Shown piece after piece: positions 56,290-64,000 of a stretch of DNA of 64,000 nt. The first letter of the stretch is position 1. Each line of letters opens with the position of its first letter. A program made the position numbers and the translations under genes. The stretch lies in assembly GCF_009914755.1 (NCBI RefSeq), contig NC_060925.1; one strand, written 5' to 3'. The notes below the pieces were generated by a model. The model made no database searches. It saw only the letters and a program-made list of their open reading frames with translations, and was not told the DNA's origin. The DNA comes from the human T2T-CHM13v2.0 reference genome, Homo sapiens.

Positions 56290-56760
56290 GGATGCTTTGG
56301 GTTGCAGAGGACAGAAAATCCAACTCAAGTTAACTTAAGCAATAAGGGATATTAACCAACTCATGAAATGGAAGTTTTCAGAGGCAGGGCTGCCGTCAGG
56401 TGAGATCCAATAGCTCACAAAGAGTTTTAAGGGCTGAGTTTTTCTATCCTTCCTCTTTGCCTTCTATAAGGTTCAGCTTTCCCCTGAGGCTGACTCGCCT
56501 CGTGATCCCACAAGAACTGCCCCCAGCTCTTTGCTCTAGGGCCTTTCAAGTTATTATACAAAGAAGCTTGGTTCCAGCAAAAGTTCTGAGAGTCTCTCTG
56601 ATTGGACCAACCAAGGTCATGTGCCCACCTCTGAGCCAATCACTGCAGACTGGGAAGAACAGTGCCGATTGGCTTGGCCTAGGTCACTTGCTGCAGCCCC
56701 TGGAGCCAGGAGATGGCCTCATCTTCCCTGGAACCATAGGGGCTGCCAGGTAGGGCGGAG
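56290..56760 (-). mobile_element. LTR33-like ERVL LTR
   Basis: gatgctttgggttgcagaggacagaaaatccaactcaa..ctgattggaccaaccaaggtcatgtgcccacctctgagccaatcactg. Confidence 0.6.
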
Positions 56761-56954
56761 GGAAGGGGTGTGGGAGGCATCAGCCTGTGTCCACCAACGT
56801 CACTGGTACCCATGGGGCATGGTCATTCTGGGGACTGGAGATGATGTGTGAAAAGTACCTGGCACACAGCAGGTGCTCCTTGAAAGGCAATTCTTTTTGT
56901 TATTGTATATAAAAGGCATCATGAGAAAGAGGAATTCGATTTTGTGGGGAAGGG

Positions 56955-57235
56955 TGAGACAAGATCTTGCTCTGTCGCCCAGGCTGCAATGCAGTGGCAC
57001 AATCACTGCTCACTGTAGCCTTGAACTCCTGCACTCAACAGATCCTCCTGCCTCAGCTTCTTGAGTAGCTGGGACTACAAGCGTGCACCACCATGCCCAG
57101 CTAATTTTTACTTCTGTAGAGATGGGGTCTTGCTACATTGCCCAGGTTGATCTCAAACTCCTGGCCTCAAGCAATCTTCCCACGTTGGCCTCCCAAAGTG
57201 CTGAGATTACAGGTGTGAGCTACCATGCTTAGGCT
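56955..57235 (-). mobile_element. AluJ-type element with eroded tail
   Basis: gagacaagatcttgctctgtcgcccaggctg..ctcctggcctcaagcaatcttccc. Confidence 0.85.
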
Positions 57236-59393
57236 AGGAATTAGATTTAATTCATGGTCCCAAAGGATAAAACTAGTGTCCATAAACTGAAATCCCAGGG
57301 AGTAGGGTTTTGATTCAATCTAAGAAGAATTTTTTGACAACTACAGTTGTCCTCGGTGAGGCTCCCATCACCGGAGGGGAACTTTAAAGGCTTAACATCC
57401 CAGCCTCAGGGCTGCTTTAGGAGGTGTGGAGCAGAGGCCCCCTGAGGTCAGTGGGATTCCAGGATTCTCTTCTCTCATGGTGGTCTGTGAGGCAGAACCA
57501 AGAAATTAGGTGATTATCTCTTTTACAAAAAAAAAAAAAAAAAAACCAAACCAAGGCATCAGAAGCATGCAAGAAAACAGAGTTAATAGCTTAAAACTCT
57601 CTGAGCCTCTGACAATCTGGTCCCCAGGGCAAGGGGGATGGGACACAGCCGCACCCAGGGACGGATCATTCAGTGTGGCTCCCTGAAAGCTTGGGGCTGG
57701 GGTGGGCCTTGGCCCAAGCTCTGGGCTCCCCTGGGAAGTAACTGGAGGGGACAGAGAAAGGACATTCTGGAAAGACCCTGACCATCTATTCTTGGGGTCT
57801 GCGCCCAGCAGTCTCCAGCCCACTAGGCCAGGCCAGCGCTGGGGACTGTGGGAAGAGGACCCAGCCACAGAGGAGGCTGGTCACAGTGGCCAGACAGGGC
57901 CTGGATGGCATCCCAGGTGACCCAGGAGAGGGGTAAACCAGCATGTGCACAGGATGCTGACAGTAGCCACCCAGAGAAGACAAGGTCCAGACACCCAGGG
58001 CCAGGCCCCCCACATATGGCCCTAGCTGTCCTTCGAAGCTGGGTTCTCACAGTCCGGCCACTCTCAGCCACACGATCCTCCTGGAACTGCCTGGTCTTCC
58101 TTCCATCCCACCTTTCCTCCTGCTGTCCCCACCTGCCCCTCCCCCACACACCCAAATTTCCTGCCTTCCAACACTTCTCTGTCCTTCAAGGCTCTTTCCA
58201 AATGTCAGCTTCTCTCAAAGGCTTTCCTGGTCACTGCACCCACCAGCCACCTGCCTAAAATCTGAAGCCCCTGCCATAGCACAGTTCCTTGTCCGGGGAG
58301 CTGGAGCCTTCCCCCTGTGCACTGTGGTGGGGACAGCTTCCCAGGCAGGGCTGCCTGGATGTTACTCTGTAGAGGACAGTGGCTCCAGGAATGGGCTCTG
58401 GGGAGGGGAAGGAGGTGCTCAGACAAGCTTTATGACTCTGGGTAAGCTCCATAAACTCTTTGAGTTCTTCTTCCCCCTGCCCTCACCCCACCATCTGTAA
58501 AATAAGGAGCATAATTGCACCCAACCAACAGAGTTTTGTGAGGAATACATGGGTAAAGTAGTAAAGTTCTTAGCCAGGGACTTGGCAATAAATGTTAGCT
58601 GTTGTCCCCATCAAAGTCAACACAACGGCCCAAAGTCACACAGTTTGGAAGTGGCACTACTGGCATTGAGACTGAGGTCTCTCTGATTCCACATGTTCTT
58701 TCTCAGGGGACGTCCAAAAACAGGAAGGAAGTGCATTCATTTCACCCAAGTGAGGTTTATTCACAAGCATTTGGGAAGCACGCTATGCCTGGCCATCCTT
58801 TAGAGATAACCCAGGGACCTGGGCCCGAGCGCTTCGGGAATAACGAAAGGAAATGGACACGTGAGACAGCTACCAAATGGAGCCATGGCTGCACTATCCG
58901 AGCTCACATGCTGAACGGCAGGCCCCACCCGCCTACACCAACCCTGGCCCAGACCAGAACAGCCCACCCAGCCCAGTGCACCCAAGGCCTCCCTTGGCCT
59001 TGAACATGAGTGAAGGGAATGAGCTGCAACCTGCTGGTGCCCACTGTGACCGCCAGATGCGGCTATAGGCTGCTAAATCAGACTTTGTCTTTGGAGACCA
59101 ATAGGTCACCTTGGGTGGTTTTTTTCTAGAAGATGACAGTGCCTGGCATGTAAAATAGGTCAAGGGAAAGCAATGAAGTGTGGATGTTTTAAGACACCCA
59201 ACACTAAGTGGGTAAAAATGGCCCAGATGCAAAGGACCTCCAAGGAATGCTAAATTATTAACCAGGGCAAGGTGGGAGTAATTGGGGATGGCTTCCCTGC
59301 TTCCATCTGGAGTTGAACCAGCCAGGGAAGACCCCTGGCTTCCGCCTCCCAACTCTGTGGCCCTCCCTCCCTCCCAGACGCCACCGGATGGCA

Positions 59394-60322
59394 CTAGTCC
59401 CTCCTCATGGTGTAGCCCTGGATCATGCTGTTGAAGTAGGCGGGCGTGTTGCGCTCCGGGTAGAAGAGGATCATGTAGCACTTGGGGCCGAAGTAGCCCA
59501 GGCTGATGGCCAGGAGGTTGAGCACAGTGACCAAGAGGTCCACGATGGTGACCAGCACCCCGCTGTAGGCAGACATGAAGGTGCAGAGGGAGACGGATGA
59601 GGTGAAATAGAAGGTCATGCTGAGGGTGATGAACTTGGCCTCGTTGTAGTTGGTGGGCAGCTCTTTGCCCATGTAGGCGAAGCTGAAACCCACCACTGAG
59701 AGCAGCAGGTCCAGGCTGGTGTTGAACAGCAGGCTGTTGCGGTAGTTGGGGTTACAGGAGACAATTGTGATCTTGGGGTCATCGGGGTCAGTACGGGTGG
59801 TGGGACTGAGGCCCGTGGCCAGCATGCCAATTACCACAATGACCATTTTGAGTACCGTGATAAATGCCATAGAGACGTAGGGCCCCTGGTAGCGGACCCA
59901 GTAGCTGTAGGCGCGTGGGAAGCGGCTGGCCATCTTGAAGGCGCAGACGATCTGGAAAGAACGCACGGCGATACAGGAGATGCAGATTGTGAAGCAGAGG
60001 GGAAAGAGGGCCTGGCGGCAGAGGCAGGTGGAGACCTTGGGCGGCCCCACGTACACCGGGACCACCATGTATGCCACCAGCAGCAGTGTCAGCATCAGGA
60101 AGCACATGGGGCCCCCAGCCGAGCGAACTATGGGTGTCTGGAAGTGCCTCCAGAATATCACCAGGATGGCCAGGGTGCTGAGGAAGCCCAGGGCGGCCAG
60201 CAGGGCCACAGCGATGGTGGGTGCCTCATGCCATTCCAGGAAGACCAGCTGCCGCTTGAAGCAGGAGGTCTCACTCTGGTAGGACCACTCGTTATTCGGG
60301 CAGGCCTGGCATTCATATTCAT
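59394..60322 (-). CDS. TAS1R2: TAS1R2 last coding exon (end of cysteine-rich domain, class C GPCR 7TM domain, C-terminus ...GYTMRRD*)
   Basis: Translation DEYECQACPNNEWSYQSETSCFKR...HFQTPIVRSAGGPMC...KELPTNYNEAKFIT...YFGPKCYMILFYPERNT is typical of T1R class C GPCRs and matches T1R2 as I recall it. Acceptor ttttgcag|AT at 60323/60322; TAG at 59394-59396; 929 bp = 2 nt + 309 codons, in phase with the upstream exon. Confidence 0.97.
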
Positions 60323-61523
60323 CTGCAAAAGCCACAGCGACTCCCATTAGCCAAGCCCATCTTCCAAGCACCTGCATCCTCCCAGCCCTGCACAGGGCCA
60401 GGCTCCAGGGATGAAGAGAGAGCACCAAGGGCAACCCTTGCATTCACAGCCAGTACTCCTCAAGTCTCATGTGCATTGGCTCATCAAATCCTCACAGCAA
60501 CTGCATTTCACAGATGAGGAAACCAAGGCTCAGCCAGGTTAAGTAATTTGCCCAAAGCCAGTAAGTTAGAGAGGCAGGACTTGAATCCAGGTCTCCTTGA
60601 CCCAGAGCCTACCAACTGCAGTTCCTCCCTTCCAAGACCTCACCCTCTGGTGTGAGAGGCATTCAACCACTGACTCAAAGAATGCATTCAATACACGTGT
60701 TTTTGAGCACCATCCATTGTGACAGGGACCTGGGGTGGAAGGCCACAGAGAGATGGATAAAACCCAGCCCTCACCTCGCCGCTATTGACTGACTGTGGGA
60801 GGAAGGCCAATGAAATCATTCCACAAACTTGTTCACCACCTGCTCTGTGTCCTGTGCTCTGCTAGGCACATATTAAATACTTGCATTGGTAAATGTCATC
60901 ATCCATTTAATTTACATGAAGTCATGAAAAAGAATTGAGCTCCAAACTCTGAACTGTGCTAAACACTAATGTGGACAGAGATGACGTTGTCTGCATGTTC
61001 CTAGATTTTATGTTCTATAGGGAGAAATGATCATTCTTCTCATCAAGGAAGTCATTCAACAAGCACCCACTGAGCAACTATGCTATGCTTTGAGCTACGC
61101 TAGGCACTTGGGAGGCCAGAGGGATAAATGAGATGGTGTCTTCCCTGTCTGCCAGAAACTTTCCTCCTATTGCAAATACCATTCATTCATTCATTCATTC
61201 ATCCAGTGGGTGTTCCCCAGCCTGACTCCCTGGGCCCTGGGCTATGTGTGTGTGGAGTGGGATCAGCTGCAGTCCAGCGTGGGGGAGTGTCGTCCCTTCC
61301 CTTCTCCCTCCCTCTCTGAAGCAGCCTGTATGGAGGATTTTGCTCTACACTAGGTTTTGGGAGGATACAAGAGGAATCAGATCTGGTCCCTGGCCTTTGG
61401 ACACTCACACCCCCTGTGGGGTACTCCAGAGACCCTGCCAAGGAGGACAAGCCCTAGAGACTCCAGGGGCAGGGCAGGGGCAGGGCAGGGGCAGGGCAGG
61501 AGTGCTAGGCCTGTGAATCATAC
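60323..61523 (-). other. TAS1R2: TAS1R2 last intron (1201 bp, GT-AG) containing MIR/L2 fragments
   Basis: Lies between the two exons with canonical GT...AG ends on the minus strand. Confidence 0.93.
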
Positions 61524-61647
61524 CTTCAGTGTGGTTGAGGAAGGTGCCGGGAAGGCAGTCGATGCACTCGAAGCAGCAGACGTGGATGCCCACAGGCTTC
61601 TTCTTTTGCCCTGACTGGCACCTCTTGGAACACATGGACATAGGGAT
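61524..61647 (-). CDS. TAS1R2: TAS1R2 penultimate coding exon (cysteine-rich NCD3G domain: IPMSMCSKRCQSGQKKKPVGIHVCCFECIDCLPGTFLNHTE)
   Basis: 124-bp exon bounded by a pyrimidine tract+cag|ATC acceptor and a GAAG|gtatga donor. Phase-1 G joins AT of the next exon to give Asp; conserved CC-x2-C-x2-C pattern. Confidence 0.96.
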
Positions 61648-61759
61648 CTGGAGGGAGGAGGGCAAGAGACCCTGAGTCCTCTTTTCCCACATTCTGGGGG
61701 CCCCCTCCCCTCTCCAACCAGCAGGATGTTCAGGGGAGGAAGCCTAGAAGCCCCCTAGG

Positions 61760-62865
61760 TTTTGGGGTGGAAACTGTAGAAAAAAAAAAAAAAACTCTCA
61801 TGCTTCTAGCAGGGGATAAGGAAAGCAGCCATTTTGAAATATGCTCAGAGCATTCTGTTCTCCTTAACAAATGCCTTTCCTCAAGGGAAACCATTTTACC
61901 AGAACCCAACTGATGTGAATTTTACCAGAGCTTAACTGACATGGAAAGAGAAATTCTGAACTCCAGCCCTCTCTAGCCTTCTTGTCTTACCTAAGGGGGT
62001 GGGGTGAGAAGCACTTATGAAGGTCACAGTTCTGGGGCACAGGCTTACTGAAAGATTGAGACCTAATCACAGGATTACAGAACACTTCCCCTCTATCTCA
62101 CCACCACATCAATCAAGGCATACAACCGAAATAACTGCAAGGCTGAGACTGCATTTAAGAAGGAATATCTAGGGAAACCCAAAGATAAAATGGGAGACAA
62201 AAAAGGACACTGGAGAAAATTTTGGCCTCTGACACCATTGCTATTTATTTATAGCAAATAGTAAGCATAGTTTTAATAAACTTGAAAGGACTGAAATAAT
62301 AACAGGTATGTTCCCCAACAACAATGTAATGAAATAGAAATCAATAACAGAAGGAAGTTTGGGGAATTCAAAGACATGTGGAAATTAAACAACATACCCT
62401 TAAATAACAATAGGTCAAAGTAGTATTCACAAGGGAAATTAGAAAATACTTTGAGATTAATGAAAATAAAAACACAACATAACCCCACAAAAAGACAAAT
62501 ACTGTATGATTCTACTTATATGAGGTGTCTTAGGTAGTCAAACTCATAGAAACATAAAGTAGAAGGATGGTTGCCAGAGGCTGGAGGAAGGAAGAAATGG
62601 GGAGTTGTTCAATGGGAATAGAGTTAGAAATTTGCAAAATGAAAAAGTTCTAGAGATCTGTTGCACAAAAATGCGAATATACTTAACATTACTGAAATGC
62701 ATGCTTAAAAATAAACAAATTGGTAAATGTTATGTTATATGTCTTTTATCACAAAAATAAAAAATTTTAATGTACCAAAATTAATGGGGTACAGTGAAAA
62801 CAATACTTAAGAGGGAAATTTATTATTATAAACATCTGTATTTAAAAAGAAGAAAGATGTTACAT
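61760..62865 (+). mobile_element. L1M mosaic in a TAS1R2 intron (5'-like piece, ORF2 fragment, nested L1M 3' end at ~62485-62765)
   Basis: gaaatcaataacagaagg..tggaaattaaacaacatac..gaaattagaaaatactttgag; aaagacaaatactgtatgattctacttatatgagg..gatctgttgcaca. Confidence 0.7.
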
Positions 62866-62944
62866 CATTAACACTCACTATCTTATCACATCACTAACAT
62901 TCACTATCTTATCATAGAGTTTACTCTTTCACTCTCGATCTCAA

Positions 62945-64000
62945 TGTAGTCCACATGGAAGTTGTTCATCTTGACATTCTGCAGAATATCACGCTGGTCT
63001 ATGATATTCATGACACCGTGGTAATTGGACCTGGTTAGTAGAAAGTAGCAAGCACTTTTATATCCAAGTAAGACCTATGAATGCCAGAGGATTGGAGATA
63101 AACCTTGTAAAGATTCAAAACTTGGGGTTGGGGGTGCTGTTACATTGGTGATGTTTTTAGGAGGCCAAAGGTACAGAGAATGCCAGGACATCCATTCTAA
63201 GATAATAGACAAGTCATCCACCCTACACCTGCTACCATGAAAGTATGGAACTTTATAAACCTCTTTAGATTTGCGGGACAACATAAATTGCTCCTGGAAA
63301 TACTACTGCAACCCGTTTATCAGGTGATTCAGAAGGCTTTCAGTTTCAAGGCAGAGGGTAACAAGTCCAGAAAATGACTCTGAAGAAGGCCCTGGCTTCT
63401 GTATAAGCGATCCTGCCACTGGGGCCACATGATCGAGGAGATCTGATGATGTTTGAGTTATCTATGCTTATAAGAATGGGCAAGCCCAAAGAGAGAGATG
63501 CAACAATGCCATGCCTTCTACAACAACATGCTACTCACTACTTGAAAATCAACTCTTGGAGTCCTGCTGGGCCATCATGGAAATTGAGTACCTGACCCCA
63601 GGACATCAAGTGACTATCAGATTCACAGAGTCTTATAGAGAGGCAGGAATAAAAACAAGTCTTCATATAAGGGAAATGGTATCCAAGAAGCGCCAGTGGG
63701 TTCAAGTAAATTTCTTAAATCAATTATTGTGACTCCTGTATCTATTTCTGTTGTAACAAATGCCTCTCCCTCAAATCATACCTAAGACCTCATGGAGAGA
63801 TTCTTTATGACAAATAAATAGAGGAGAACATTCAGGAATGATTCACAAGTAGGTTGGTTTGATATATTAATGTGAGCTGACAGTGGACTGCTGCCATACT
63901 AAGCTTTTTTCAGGGATACAAAGCTTTTTTCAGGGTGAATTCTGAAGGACAGTAATGATGGGAGATACTGCTTGTATGTGGAGATGCAAGCAGGACACTT
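62945..64000 (+). mobile_element. Degenerate ERV-L internal pol (RT / connection / RNase H) fossil
   Basis: aatatcacgctggtctatgatattcatgacacc reads NITLVYDIHDT (decayed LVHYIDD); ORF 63511-63732 has YSLLENQLLESCWAIMEIEYLTPGHQVTIR, resembling ERV-L YSPFEKQLLACYWALVETERLTMGHQVT. Confidence 0.8.

Noticed and set aside
60323-60443. N-terminal 41 aa of the 349-aa ORF (MQGLPLVL...)
   Set aside because: Intron read-through upstream of the ttttgcag acceptor; not part of TAS1R2.

Overview
Primate (very probably human) genomic DNA. The only protein-coding sequence I can support is the 3' end of the sweet-taste receptor subunit TAS1R2 on the minus strand: a penultimate exon (61524-61647, cysteine-rich domain) and the last exon (59394-60322, 7TM domain to the TAG stop), with canonical in-phase splice sites. 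From recalled gene order (1p36.13, PAX7 then TAS1R2; not visible in the window), the first ~59 kb are intergenic DNA downstream of both genes. This stretch is dense in Alu, MIR, L2, old L1M, MaLR LTRs and DNA transposons, with several microsatellites and two long C/A-rich low-complexity tracts. I found no novel multi-gene system. The most interesting unexplained structure is non-coding: (1) a 40-bp piece of a CpG-rich enhancer-like element at ~4.4 kb is copied into an L2, and that copy is part of a ~380-bp mosaic duplicated into an L1; (2) a ~170-bp element occurs twice 2.77 kb apart with a near-identical palindrome/FOX/octamer core; (3) a (GGAA)12(GGAG)14 microsatellite; (4) a strong CTCF-like motif overlapping the TAS1R2 stop codon; (5) an ERV-L pol fossil in the TAS1R2 intron. 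Repeat subfamily names come from memory of consensus sequences and their boundaries are approximate.
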